A stretch of 59,155 nt of DNA from Bifidobacterium breve (GTDB lineage Bacteria; Actinomycetota; Actinomycetes; S36-B12). Each line of letters begins with the position of its first letter. Within the stretch, counting starts at the first letter, position 1. Shown piece by piece: positions 9,690-19,274 of the stretch. The notes below the pieces were generated by a model that was not told the DNA's origin, did not search any database, and was given only the letters and a program-made list of their open reading frames with translations. The position numbers and the translations under genes were made by a program. The DNA lies in NCBI GenBank assembly GCA_945901095.1, contig CAMDKQ010000002.1:1-59155 (forward strand). The letters run 5' to 3'.

Positions 9690-10073
9690 ATGGTGCCCAA
9701 TGACCTCGGTTACACAGCGGAGCACGAGTGGGTGCGCATGACCGCTAGCGGACTTGCGGAGTTCGGGATTACCGACTTCGCTCAGGCGGCGCTCGGGGAT
9801 ATCGTTTATGTGAGCCTGCCGACGGTCGGCGACTCGCTTTCGGCGGGTCGCACCTGCGGTGAGGTCGAGTCGACGAAGAGCGTGAGCGACATTTACGCGC
9901 CGGTCGACGGCGTCGTGACCGAGCGAAATGAGGGCCTCGAACAGGCTCCCGAGACCGTGAATTCAGACCCGTATGGTGCAGGCTGGCTCGTGCGCGTCAC
10001 GATGAGCGGCAGTGAGAGCCCCCAGGGGCTCCTCACTGCGGCGGAGTATGAGAGCCTGATCAAGGCCTCATAA
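9690..10073 (+). CDS. gcvH: glycine cleavage system H protein
   Basis: The internal ATG at 9690 (RBS GAAAGGA) gives MVPNDLGYTAEHEWVR... with the lipoyl-lysine motif VESTKSVSD. The track ORF starting at 9564 is an Arg/Cys-rich over-extension. Confidence 0.9.
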   Translation: MVPNDLGYTAEHEWVRMTASGLAEFGITDFAQAALGDIVYVSLPTVGDSLSAGRTCGEVESTKSVSDIYAPVDGVVTERNEGLEQAPETVNSDPYGAGWLVRVTMSGSESPQGLLTAAEYESLIKAS

Positions 10074-10081
10074 AAACACCG

Positions 10082-10103
10082 GTAACGCGCTCGTGCGCGC
10101 TAC
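10082..10103 (+). terminator. candidate stem-loop downstream of gcvH
   Basis: GTAACGCGC-TCGT-GCGCGCTAC forms a 9-bp GC-rich stem with one mismatch, 9 nt after the gcvH stop. There is no U-tract, as is often the case for hairpin terminators described in high-GC actinobacteria. Confidence 0.35.
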
Positions 10104-10142
10104 ATCACCCGCGATGCAACCGTCACAGGGTAGATTCGGAAC

Positions 10143-10643
10143 ATGAACGAGTGCGTCGCGTGCGGACAGCAGGTCGAGCCTCATGGCAACTCCTGCGCTT
10201 CCTGCGGTGCCCCATTGGATGGTGGCCTTGAGCACACCGGTGTGATCACGGCCATCACTGGCACGTTTGGGCAGGGCGGATCCGGGCAGTTGAGCCCGGT
10301 CGGTTCGGGTCGCGGAGGCGCACTGACATCCGGCGCGGCCATGCTTATCGTGCTTCGCGGGCCCGGCGAGGGAACTGAGTTTCCACTTGATGCTGGAGTA
10401 GACCTCGTGACAGTCGGTCGTTCCCCGAACGCCGATGTGTTTCTCGATGACGTGACCGTGAGCCGCCATCACGCGGATATCCGGCGCGGAGCGCAGGGAT
10501 GGAGCATTCGAGACGCCGGAAGTCTCAATGGCACCTACATCAACCGTAAGCGGGTCGAGGATCACCAACTTGGCGGCGGCGACGAGATCCAGATCGGGAA
10601 ATTCAGGTTCGTCTTCCTGGTCGGGGTCGAGACCGGTCGATGA
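10143..10643 (+). CDS. garA: FHA-domain regulator (GarA/OdhI homologue) with N-terminal CxxC..CxxC zinc ribbon
   Basis: The C-terminal FHA domain is nearly collinear with GarA (GRSPNADVFLDDVTVSRHHA ... GSLNGTYINR ... GDEIQIGKFRFVFL). The N-terminus is MNECVACGQQVEPHGNSCASCG. The gene sits after gcvH, as garA does. Confidence 0.85.
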   Translation: MNECVACGQQVEPHGNSCASCGAPLDGGLEHTGVITAITGTFGQGGSGQLSPVGSGRGGALTSGAAMLIVLRGPGEGTEFPLDAGVDLVTVGRSPNADVFLDDVTVSRHHADIRRGAQGWSIRDAGSLNGTYINRKRVEDHQLGGGDEIQIGKFRFVFLVGVETGR

Positions 10644-11338
10644 GCCAGCCTGCAAGCAGCAGGGTCGTTGGGACTCTGAGCATCGGTGAGGTGTTGAGTC
10701 TGCTCAAGCGCGAGTTCCCTGACATCACTATCAGCAAGATCCGATTCCTCGAGGCGGAGGGCCTCATTGCCCCTGAGCGAACCGCCTCCGGTTACCGCAG
10801 GTTCGCCGAACGCGATGTCCTTCAATTGAAGAGCGTTCTCACGATGCAGCGGGATCAGTACCTTCCCCTCAAGGTGATTCGCGAGCAGCTCGAGGACGGC
10901 GCTGACGAATCGGCGCCCGTGGCGGGCACCGGACTTCGCCCAGATGATTTTCGCCCTGGTGCCGGGCGGGTGCGGCTGACAAGGGCAGAACTGGCAGTCC
11001 AGGTGGGCCTTGCGGAGCAGGGCATCGCTCAACTGGAGTCCCACGGCCTGGTGTGGGCATCGCCTGCAGGGCATTACGACGAGGATGCTCTCGCTATCGC
11101 AACGGTGATTGGGCGGCTCGCGGGCTTTGGGGTTGAACCCCGTCACCTGCGTTCCTTTCGTGTCGTCGCCGATCGAGATAGCGGACTCATCGAACGGATC
11201 GCCAACCCGTACTCGCGACCGAGGGATCCAGACGGCCGGGCCCTCGCGCAGGAGACAGTCAGGGAGCTGGCCGCGCTTTTCATCCAGTTGCATGCAACTT
11301 TGCTGCGAGCTGAACTGGTTCGCGGGAGCACGGGGTAG
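10640..11338 (+). CDS. MerR-family transcriptional regulator (FtsR/Rv1828-like)
   Basis: HTH LSIGEVLSLLKREFPDITISKIRFLEAEGLIAPERTASGYRRF. ATGA overlap with garA. Conserved position after garA. Confidence 0.8.
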   Translation: MSQPASSRVVGTLSIGEVLSLLKREFPDITISKIRFLEAEGLIAPERTASGYRRFAERDVLQLKSVLTMQRDQYLPLKVIREQLEDGADESAPVAGTGLRPDDFRPGAGRVRLTRAELAVQVGLAEQGIAQLESHGLVWASPAGHYDEDALAIATVIGRLAGFGVEPRHLRSFRVVADRDSGLIERIANPYSRPRDPDGRALAQETVRELAALFIQLHATLLRAELVRGSTG

Positions 11339-11354
11339 GGGTTACCCTTGCAGC

Positions 11355-11822
11355 GTGCAGTCCCTTGACGTTGTAGGCGTCCGAATGGAGATGCCCTCGA
11401 ACAATCCGATCGTGCTCTTGCGCGAGAAGGATGGCGAGCGGTACCTACCGATCTGGGTGGGGGCTGTCGAGGCGACCGCCATCGCCTACGCCCAGCAAGG
11501 AGTCGTGCCACCACGGCCGCTCACCCACGACCTGCTCCGTGATGTTCTCACCGCCGTGGGTGCACCGCTCGCCGAGGTGAGGATTACCGCTCTGCGGGAT
11601 GGCGTCTTCTATGCATTGCTCGTCTTCGAGTCCGGCATCGAAGTGAGTGCCCGCCCCTCCGATGCTATCGCCCTCGCACTGCGCACCGACGTGCCGATCT
11701 ATGGGGCCGAAGAGGTGCTCGACGAAGCCGGCATCGAATTACCGGGCGAGGAGCCCCAGGAACAGGAGGTTGAAAAGTTCCGCGAATTCCTCGACCAGAT
11801 CTCACCGGAGGACTTTCAGTAG
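11355..11822 (+). CDS. bifunctional nuclease family protein (DUF151)
   Basis: The in-frame GTG at 11355 gives VQSLDVVGVRMEMPSNNPIVLLREKDGERYLPIWVGAVEATAIA, a typical DUF151 N-terminus. The track ORF from 11109 overlaps the MerR gene and is over-extended. Confidence 0.8.
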   Translation: MQSLDVVGVRMEMPSNNPIVLLREKDGERYLPIWVGAVEATAIAYAQQGVVPPRPLTHDLLRDVLTAVGAPLAEVRITALRDGVFYALLVFESGIEVSARPSDAIALALRTDVPIYGAEEVLDEAGIELPGEEPQEQEVEKFREFLDQISPEDFQ

Positions 11823-11999
11823 GGGTCGATTACTGAGCGTGGCAAACTCGAACCCTCAGCCTGAGGTCCAGACTTCGGTACCGGACACGCCCGTGTGTCG
11901 GATTGACCCCTCCCCTTGACCCTTCGTAACGTCAGCACTGCAAGGTTTCGACGCGGCACCCCTTCCCCGGGTCTCGTCAATGTACCGAGGAGGCTGCTT

Positions 12000-12572
12000 G
12001 TGAACGCTGAACGTCCGGTCGTCGCCCAGAACCCGCAGGGCGCACTGTTCGATGACGCGGAACTTCGCCCTCTTCCCGCCGGTATCGGCTACCGGGGACC
12101 CATCGCGTGCGCAGCAGCAGGCATCACCTACCGGCAACTCGACTACTGGGCTCGGACGGGCCTCGTCGAGCCAACGGTTCGAACAGCCTCAGGATCGGGC
12201 ACCCAGCGCCTCTATGGGTTCCGCGACATTCTCATTCTGAGAATCGTCAAGCACCTCATCGACACCGGTGTCAGCCTGTCGAACATCAGGGCCGCAGCCG
12301 ATCACCTTGCTACCCGTCCGGGCGAGGATCTCGCCCGGATGACCCTCATGAGTGATGGCGCAACCATCTATGAATGCCGGAGCGCCGACGAAGTCATTGA
12401 TCTTGTTCGTGGTGGACAGGGCGTGTTCGGGATAGCGGTGGGCAGTGTCTGGCGCGAAGTCGAGGGCACCTTAGCAACCTTGCCAGGGGAACAGCCTGAC
12501 GGCGACGCCGTCACGCCGATCTCGGCAAATGATGAGCTGTCAACCCGTAGAGCCCGTCGCGCTACAGGCTGA
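12000..12572 (+). CDS. MerR-family transcriptional regulator (Rv1830-like)
   Basis: GTG at 12000 is preceded by GAGGAGG. HTH GITYRQLDYWARTGLVEPTVRTASGSGTQRLY. The track start at 11916 is probably too far upstream. Confidence 0.8.
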   Translation: MNAERPVVAQNPQGALFDDAELRPLPAGIGYRGPIACAAAGITYRQLDYWARTGLVEPTVRTASGSGTQRLYGFRDILILRIVKHLIDTGVSLSNIRAAADHLATRPGEDLARMTLMSDGATIYECRSADEVIDLVRGGQGVFGIAVGSVWREVEGTLATLPGEQPDGDAVTPISANDELSTRRARRATG

Positions 12573-12619
12573 CAGCTCGTCGCGCCGAAGGCAGATCGCC
12601 AGTAGGGTTACGTCTGCTG

Positions 12620-12832
12620 ATGGACCCCGGTCGGGAGAGCGCTGCGCAACCCTTGTGCAGCCGCCGAAGGAGCATTTCTCCCCGATAATCTCTCAGGCAG
12701 GTGGACCGGTCGGGGTAGGCGCCTCTGGAAGGCGGGAACTGCTGGCTCGCCGGTCGTTCCCCACCGAAGGGGAAAGCCGCGACGCACCCAGCGTCGAGGT
12801 GAATCTCTCAGGTCGCAGGATGCTGCGGGCAA
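12620..12832 (+). promoter_or_regulatory. glycine riboswitch, tandem aptamers, in the gcvP leader
   Basis: Aptamer 1: GGGAGAG (12633) ... GCCGAAGGAGCA (12661) ... AATCTCTCAGGCA..GGAC (12687-12706). Aptamer 2: CTCTGGAAG (12723) ... CACCGAAGGGGAAA (12761) ... AATCTCTCAGGT..GGA (12801-12820). Both carry the conserved glycine-riboswitch core blocks in the correct order. They end about 70 nt upstream of the gcvP ATG. Confidence 0.8.
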
Positions 12833-12903
12833 CAGAGGGGGAGAACAGTCCGCGAACGCGTGGCTGACTCCACTGGTGCGTCCGCACCTCATCAGAGGGA
12901 CCA

Positions 12904-15834
12904 TTGATGAACAATCACCAGACCGATGGCACACATCAGGGCGCGGACTTTGCAGCCCGCCACATCGGCCCTGACGAAACCTCGATTACCCGCATGCTTC
13001 AGGCGGTCGGGTACGAATCACTCGATGCCCTTACAGAGGCGGTGGTGCCTGACGCCATCAAGTGGCGGTCGGCGCTGCGTATCCCGGAGGCGATCAACGA
13101 GCGCGCCACCCGCGAAGAACTGAAGGCCATGGCAGGTCGCAACACTCGATGCGTGAACATGATCGGCCTCGGCTACAGCGATACCCAGACTCCTGGGGTC
13201 ATCCTGCGCAATATCGTTGAAAGCCCGAGTTGGTACACCGCCTACACCCCCTATCAGCCGGAGATCTCGCAGGGTCGGCTCGAGGCCCTGCTCAATTTCC
13301 AGACCATGATCGAAGACCTCACCGCCCTACCCGTTGCCGGGTCATCACTCCTCGATGAGCCGACCGCGGCCGCTGAGGCCATGACGCTATGTCTTCGAAG
13401 CGCGAAACGCGATGCCAACCGGTTTCTTGTCGATGCGGATACCCACCCGCAGACCCTCGCGGTCCTCGCGACCCGTGCCGAGCCGATCGGCATTGACCTC
13501 GTCATCGTCGATCTTGGAAACATCGCTGAGTCCGGACTCCCTGAAGGAGATTTCGCCGGTGTTCTCGTCAGCTACCCGGGAACGAGCGGAAGGATCCGAG
13601 ACCCGCGACCCGTTATCGACGCAGCCCACGAACGCGGAGCGCTGGCTGTGGTGGCGGCCGACCTCCTAGGCCTCACGCTGCTCACGCCGCCCGGGGAGAT
13701 GGGCGCTGACATCGTCGTTGGCTCAGCGCAGCGCTTCGGAGTGCCGCTCGGCTTCGGTGGCCCGCATGCAGGGTTCATGGCGGTGCGCGCCGGACTGGAA
13801 CGGAGCATGCCGGGCCGGTTGGTGGGGGTGAGCGTCGATGCTGACGGAGCTCCCGCATATCGCCTCGCTCTGCAAACGCGCGAGCAGCACATTCGCCGGG
13901 AGAAGGCTACGAGCAACATTTGCACTGCACAGGTGCTGCTCGCGATCGTCGCGTCCATGTACGCGGGATATCACGGACCGGCAGGACTCACCGAGATCGC
14001 GCGCCGAGCCAATCGCCAGGCCGCAGTGCTCGCAGCGGGCATCGTGTCATCAGGGGGAGTGGTGCACACAAGTGAATTCTTCGACACGGTACGGGTGAGC
14101 ACCCCTGGAGTCGCGCACGAGGTAGTAGCAGCCGCATTCACTGCCGGTGTGAACATCAGGCTCGTCGACGAGGACACCGTCTCCGTTTCTACTGACGAGC
14201 TCACGATGAACTGGCACGTCGAGGCCGTTTGGGGCGCGTACGCGATCGTTTCCAGGGACGCCAGGAACCTGCGCTTTGCCACGGTGGCTGAGATGGTTCC
14301 CCTCGATGCGAGTTTGCCTGCTCCGCTGCGACGCACGTCTTCGTTCCTCACCCACCCGGTCTTCAATGACCATCACAGCGAGACCTCGATGCTGCGGTAC
14401 CTGCGCCGGCTCGCTGATCGTGACATCGCACTCGATCGGTCGATGATTCCGCTCGGATCATGCACGATGAAGCTGAACGCCACCACCGAGATGGAACCGA
14501 TCACTTGGCCCGAGTTCGCCGGAATCCACCCGTTTGCGCCTCTCGATCAGGCGCAGGGCTACCTCGAACTCATCGGCCAACTTGAGTCGTGGCTGGTTGA
14601 CATCACGGGCTACGACGCAGTCACCCTTCAGCCGAATGCTGGGTCGCAGGGCGAGTTCGCGGGCCTGCTCGCGATTCGTGGGTATCACCAGTCACGTGGC
14701 GAGGAATTCCGAGATGTGTGCCTCATCCCGAGCAGCGCGCACGGGACGAATGCGGCATCAGCGGTCATGGCGGGGATGCGAGTCGTTGTCGTCTCATGCG
14801 ACGAGCGCGGCAATGTCGATATCGCCGATCTCCAGATGAAGATCAACGAGCATCGCCTTGCGCTCGCGGCGCTCATGATCACCTACCCCTCGACCCACGG
14901 GGTGTTCGAGTCGGCTGTTGTCGAGATCTGCGCGATGGTGCACGAGGCTGGCGGCCAGGTGTACGTCGATGGCGCGAACCTCAACGCCCTCGTAGGGCTA
15001 GCGAAGCCGGGGAAGTTCGGGGCGGACGTCTCGCACCTGAACCTGCACAAGACCTTCTGCATTCCGCATGGTGGCGGCGGTCCTGGAGTCGGCCCGACTG
15101 CCGTCCGCGATCACCTCGCACCCTTCCTGCCCTCGCATCCCCTTCGGCCAGAGGCCGGTCCGTCCGGTCGCGGTCACACCGACGGGGGAGTGGGTCCGGT
15201 AAGTGGCGCACCATGGGGGAGTGCCGGAATCCTGCCGATCCCATGGGCCTACATCCGGATGATGGGCCCAGACGGACTGCTTAAGGCCACGCAGGTCGCG
15301 ATTCTCGGCGCAAACTACATTGCCCGGCGGCTGGCCGACCACTACCCGGTTCTCTACACCGGCGTTGATGGGCTCGTCGCGCACGAGTGCATCCTTGACG
15401 TCCGCGGGCTTACGGCAGCGAGCGGTGTCACCGTTGACGACATCGCCAAGCGACTGATCGACTACGGCTTCCATGCACCGACAATGTCGTTTCCGGTTCC
15501 GGGCACGCTCATGGTCGAGCCGACAGAGAGTGAGAACCTCGCGGAACTCGACCGGTTCATCGAGGCGATGGTGAGCATCCGCGCAGAGATCGATCGTGTC
15601 GCCTCAGGTGAGTGGCCCGCAGACGACAGTCCCTTGCGCAATGCACCGCATACGGCCGACTGCCTCATTGGCGACTGGGACCACCCGTACCCCGCACGGC
15701 TGGCGGCCTACCCGGTTGAGTCATTGCGTCGCGACAAGTATTGGCCACCGGTGCGACGGATTGACGGTGCATTCGGCGACCGGAACTTCGTCTGCTCGTG
15801 CCCTCGCCCAGAGGACCTTGCCGCGATTCCTTGA
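12904..15834 (+). CDS. gcvP: glycine dehydrogenase (decarboxylating), glycine cleavage P protein
   Basis: 976-aa single-chain P protein with the PLP-lysine region [29 protein letters not shown] upstream. Confidence 0.95.
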   Translation: MMNNHQTDGTHQGADFAARHIGPDETSITRMLQAVGYESLDALTEAVVPDAIKWRSALRIPEAINERATREELKAMAGRNTRCVNMIGLGYSDTQTPGVILRNIVESPSWYTAYTPYQPEISQGRLEALLNFQTMIEDLTALPVAGSSLLDEPTAAAEAMTLCLRSAKRDANRFLVDADTHPQTLAVLATRAEPIGIDLVIVDLGNIAESGLPEGDFAGVLVSYPGTSGRIRDPRPVIDAAHERGALAVVAADLLGLTLLTPPGEMGADIVVGSAQRFGVPLGFGGPHAGFMAVRAGLERSMPGRLVGVSVDADGAPAYRLALQTREQHIRREKATSNICTAQVLLAIVASMYAGYHGPAGLTEIARRANRQAAVLAAGIVSSGGVVHTSEFFDTVRVSTPGVAHEVVAAAFTAGVNIRLVDEDTVSVSTDELTMNWHVEAVWGAYAIVSRDARNLRFATVAEMVPLDASLPAPLRRTSSFLTHPVFNDHHSETSMLRYLRRLADRDIALDRSMIPLGSCTMKLNATTEMEPITWPEFAGIHPFAPLDQAQGYLELIGQLESWLVDITGYDAVTLQPNAGSQGEFAGLLAIRGYHQSRGEEFRDVCLIPSSAHGTNAASAVMAGMRVVVVSCDERGNVDIADLQMKINEHRLALAALMITYPSTHGVFESAVVEICAMVHEAGGQVYVDGANLNALVGLAKPGKFGADVSHLNLHKTFCIPHGGGGPGVGPTAVRDHLAPFLPSHPLRPEAGPSGRGHTDGGVGPVSGAPWGSAGILPIPWAYIRMMGPDGLLKATQVAILGANYIARRLADHYPVLYTGVDGLVAHECILDVRGLTAASGVTVDDIAKRLIDYGFHAPTMSFPVPGTLMVEPTESENLAELDRFIEAMVSIRAEIDRVASGEWPADDSPLRNAPHTADCLIGDWDHPYPARLAAYPVESLRRDKYWPPVRRIDGAFGDRNFVCSCPRPEDLAAIP

Positions 15835-15847
15835 ACCGTGATCGCGA

Positions 15848-16987
15848 TCAGGCGAGCGGCTCGGCGCAGCCGCTCGCCTGCGACCGCAGTGCGGCTGCGA
15901 ACACGCGATGGGAGTCGAGCGCTTCCTGTGGGGTCGCGGTGCCGAATCGTGAACCGAGATCCCCCTCGCGCTCGGCAAGGAATGATGCCCACATCTGCAA
16001 TAGCGCGTCTGCGAAGCCGAATTCGAAGATCCCGCCAGAAATCATTGGCCACGCCGATACATTTCCCGGCTGCACCTGCTCCCAGACCTGCTCACCGTCG
16101 CGCCTAGTGAAGCGGTCGAGGGTGGTGGGGGTGCGGGTGCTGAAGCGAACGCCGCCATCCATGCCGAGCGCCTCGAAGGACCATGAATTCATGTGACCCG
16201 GGGCGATGCGCCTGGTCTCCCAGAGCATGGAGAATCCTCGGCTCGCAGACGATGCGGGCACCCGGTTGACGAGGAGGGCGTTGTCCCAGGTGTCGCACGG
16301 AACGATGACGCCGCCGGTGCTCGGCCGAGTCGTGACGATGTCATCGAGGAGCGCGTATACGGATGACGGCAGGTAACCAAGGCGCAAGGGCACATGCGCG
16401 ACATGCATACCGAGATCGCCCATGACGCCGATCGCGCCGCAGGTCTCGGCGCGACGCTTCCAGTTGATGGCTTTGCCGCGGTCGATGTCCGACGAGTGCG
16501 CGAACTGCGATCGGACGTCGATGATGTCCCCGAGGGCGCCGGAAACGGCGTAGTCGATGGCTCGCAGAGCTCCTGGGAAGAAGGGCATCTCGCTTGAGAC
16601 ACGGACAAAGGACCCGGACGAATCGATGGCAGCGACGATGCGCTCCGCGGCAGCAAGATCGATGCCAAATGGCTTCTCGCCGAGGAAATCTCGACCGGCT
16701 TCGGCGGCAGCGATGTAAAGCTCCTCGTGGAGATTGTGCGGGACCGCGAGGTACAGAACATCGATCGAGTCATCGTCAACGAGTGCGCGCCAGTCGTTGA
16801 CAAATGTTGTGCACGTGGCAACCGACTCGAACCACTCGCGAGCCGCGGGGTTCGGATCAGCGACCGCGACCACCTCTGGCCGGACTGGATGGTCGACGAG
16901 GTGCAGCCATCTTCCGCACAGTGCCGCGAGCTCGCGGCCCATGAGTCCGCCGCCGACGACGCCGATGCGTACGGGGCGCGGGGTCAT
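15848..16987 (-). CDS. Gfo/Idh/MocA-family NAD(P)-dependent oxidoreductase
   Basis: N-terminal Rossmann fold VRIGVVGGGLMGRE and the EKP motif (LGEKPF). 4-nt overlap with the upstream aldolase gene. Confidence 0.85.
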   Translation of the reverse strand: MTPRPVRIGVVGGGLMGRELAALCGRWLHLVDHPVRPEVVAVADPNPAAREWFESVATCTTFVNDWRALVDDDSIDVLYLAVPHNLHEELYIAAAEAGRDFLGEKPFGIDLAAAERIVAAIDSSGSFVRVSSEMPFFPGALRAIDYAVSGALGDIIDVRSQFAHSSDIDRGKAINWKRRAETCGAIGVMGDLGMHVAHVPLRLGYLPSSVYALLDDIVTTRPSTGGVIVPCDTWDNALLVNRVPASSASRGFSMLWETRRIAPGHMNSWSFEALGMDGGVRFSTRTPTTLDRFTRRDGEQVWEQVQPGNVSAWPMISGGIFEFGFADALLQMWASFLAEREGDLGSRFGTATPQEALDSHRVFAAALRSQASGCAEPLA

Positions 16988-17826
16988 GATGCAGCGGCCA
17001 GGATTGCGAGCGCGCCCGCGGCATCGACTCCCTTATGGAGCATCGCCATGAGAGCTCGCGTCATGCCGGCAGGATTCGGGTGCTGAATGATGTTGCGCCC
17101 GTAAACGATCCCTGAGGCCCCCTGCCCGAGGACCGCCTCGGTACGACGGAACAACTCCTCGTCGGGAACGCGTCCACCACCGCGCACGAGCACCGGGATG
17201 CCGGTGGCGATCCTGATGACCTCGTGGTAGTCATCGGGGTCATCGGTAGGGTCGGCCTTGATGATGTCGGCGCCGAGTTCAACGGCTTGCCGAACAAGCG
17301 GCACGATCTTGCTCACGTCGCCGTTGACGCCGTAGCCACCGGTGCTTGATTCCTTCATCACCAGCGGTTCGACCATGAGCGGCATGTTGTACCGCTCACA
17401 GTCCCGCTTCGCATCGAGGACTGCCCGAATACACGCCTCACGGACGCGCGGCTGCCCCGGCAGGTCAAACAGGTTGACGACGACGCAGGCTGCGTCAAGG
17501 CGCACGCCCGCGAGGCCAGGCTCGGGAATGGTGAGGTCGAACATATGGTCGGGGAGGGGACTGCCATAGATATTGGCGATGTCAGTGCGGAGCACGAGCG
17601 CTGGGCGCTCTCGGCCCCCGCGGCCCTGCAGCAGTCGAGCCTGACCGACGGTCAACTGAATGGCATCAGGGGCGGCCTGGATCAGGGTGTCAACAGCGGA
17701 TCTGAGGTCTTCGATGCCCGGCAGAAATGCCGCCTCGCCGAAGAAGCCATGATCGACGGCGATATCGAGGCAGCGCTTGGAATCGGGATCGAAGAGTCGG
17801 TTTAATCGGGCGGCGACATCTGACAC
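16984..17826 (-). CDS. class I aldolase, DeoC/FbaB/LsrF family
   Basis: LDIAVDHGFF, VELGADIIKADPT (probable Schiff-base lysine) and VLVRGGG...GIVYGRNI (phosphate-binding) motifs. GTG at 17826, preceded by AGGGAG, is preferred over the track start at 17895, which would leave only 23 bp to the divergent kinase gene. Confidence 0.8.
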   Translation of the reverse strand: MSDVAARLNRLFDPDSKRCLDIAVDHGFFGEAAFLPGIEDLRSAVDTLIQAAPDAIQLTVGQARLLQGRGGRERPALVLRTDIANIYGSPLPDHMFDLTIPEPGLAGVRLDAACVVVNLFDLPGQPRVREACIRAVLDAKRDCERYNMPLMVEPLVMKESSTGGYGVNGDVSKIVPLVRQAVELGADIIKADPTDDPDDYHEVIRIATGIPVLVRGGGRVPDEELFRRTEAVLGQGASGIVYGRNIIQHPNPAGMTRALMAMLHKGVDAAGALAILAAAS

Positions 17827-17918
17827 GGGCTGCTCCCTGATCGTAGAAATCGTTATTCTATTGACGGCACGACTGCCCAAAAACTCCGGTATCACGACGC
17901 ACAGAATGGAGCGGCGCC

Positions 17919-19274
17919 ATGGGTGCAGACATCCTTGTCGGGGTCGATATTGGGACGACGTCGGTCAAATCGGTTGCCGTGTCCCTTGACGGCAGGGTCA
18001 TTGCGTCGGCATCGCGAGAGACTCCGTGGCGCCGCGATGGTGCTCACGCTGACATTGACCCACGGAGGCTGGCTGACGTCGCGATCGCCGTCTGCGCCGA
18101 GGTTGCGGGGGATGAGCGGCTGGGATCCCCCGGTCGGCAGGCCCTACGGGGTATCGGCGTCACCGGCATTGCAGAGACCGGAGTGCTCCTCGACAGTGCC
18201 GGCAACCCATGTGCTCCGGCCCTCGCCTGGTTTGACCCACGTGGGGACATCGCGTCATTGCGCGAGCGCATCGACCGCACGGATTTCCAACGCGCCACCG
18301 GGGTCAGACTCAACTCGAAGCCGTCGATCGCGAAGATTATGTGGCTGCAGGCAAACATTCCCGGTGCCGATCGCGCTGTTCGTCACCTAAGCGTCGGCGA
18401 ATGGATCGTTAGGGCGCTCGGTGGCGACGAGGTCACCGAATCCTCGCTGGCGTCACGAACAGGGATGTTCGACGTTCATGAGCGAGCAACCTGGCAGACG
18501 GCAACCGACATCGTGGGTCCACTCATGCCCGATCGCCACGTTTGGGCGGGGGAGCGGGTTGGAACCGCCTCAGGGGACATACCTGATGTCCTGCGAGGGG
18601 CGGCACTCACAGTGGCGGGCCATGATCATCAAACCGCAAGCCTCATCAGTGGAGCGTGCCGAGATGGCGCGCTTTTCGATTCGATGGGCACAGCCGAGGC
18701 CCTTATCCGCACCGTCGCCCGAACACTCACGCGCGACGAGATGCAACACCTGACAGATCTGGATATCTCCGTTGGCTGGGGCGTCCTTCCCGGCCACCAA
18801 ATCCTCCTCGCCGGCAGACTCACCGGATTATCACTTGAGCGGGTCGCATCGCTTCTTGGCGCGACGGACCGGGCCTCCCGGCTGTCGCTCGGCGAGCAGG
18901 CAATTACGACAACACGCGGGGCGATAGCGCCGCGGATCGAGCATCTGGACAACGAGTCCCTGTCGATCAGTGGGATTACTGATGGCGTGACCCCCGGGCT
19001 CATGTGGCGGGTCGCGGTCGAGGATCTCACCCGGATCATTGATGAGCCGCTGGGGCAGATGGACGAGGCGGTCGGCCCGCGCCTGTCGTCGGTGGTTGCG
19101 GGGGGCTGGATCCACAATGCGATGGTCGCGGAGGCCAAACTGCGCCAGCTTGGCAACTACCGGGTGAGCGAGCTCGAGGAGCCGGGTGCCCTGGGCGCCG
19201 CATTTCTCGCTGGGGTTGCCGCTGGGCTCCTCGCCCAGCCGGACTCAGGTGGCGTAGCGCGTTGGCTCGATTAG
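17919..19274 (+). CDS. FGGY-family carbohydrate kinase
   Basis: N-terminal ILVGVDIGTTSVKSVAV, GHDHQTA, and a C-terminal GALGAAFLAG motif. 451 aa. Confidence 0.85.
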   Translation: MGADILVGVDIGTTSVKSVAVSLDGRVIASASRETPWRRDGAHADIDPRRLADVAIAVCAEVAGDERLGSPGRQALRGIGVTGIAETGVLLDSAGNPCAPALAWFDPRGDIASLRERIDRTDFQRATGVRLNSKPSIAKIMWLQANIPGADRAVRHLSVGEWIVRALGGDEVTESSLASRTGMFDVHERATWQTATDIVGPLMPDRHVWAGERVGTASGDIPDVLRGAALTVAGHDHQTASLISGACRDGALFDSMGTAEALIRTVARTLTRDEMQHLTDLDISVGWGVLPGHQILLAGRLTGLSLERVASLLGATDRASRLSLGEQAITTTRGAIAPRIEHLDNESLSISGITDGVTPGLMWRVAVEDLTRIIDEPLGQMDEAVGPRLSSVVAGGWIHNAMVAEAKLRQLGNYRVSELEEPGALGAAFLAGVAAGLLAQPDSGGVARWLD

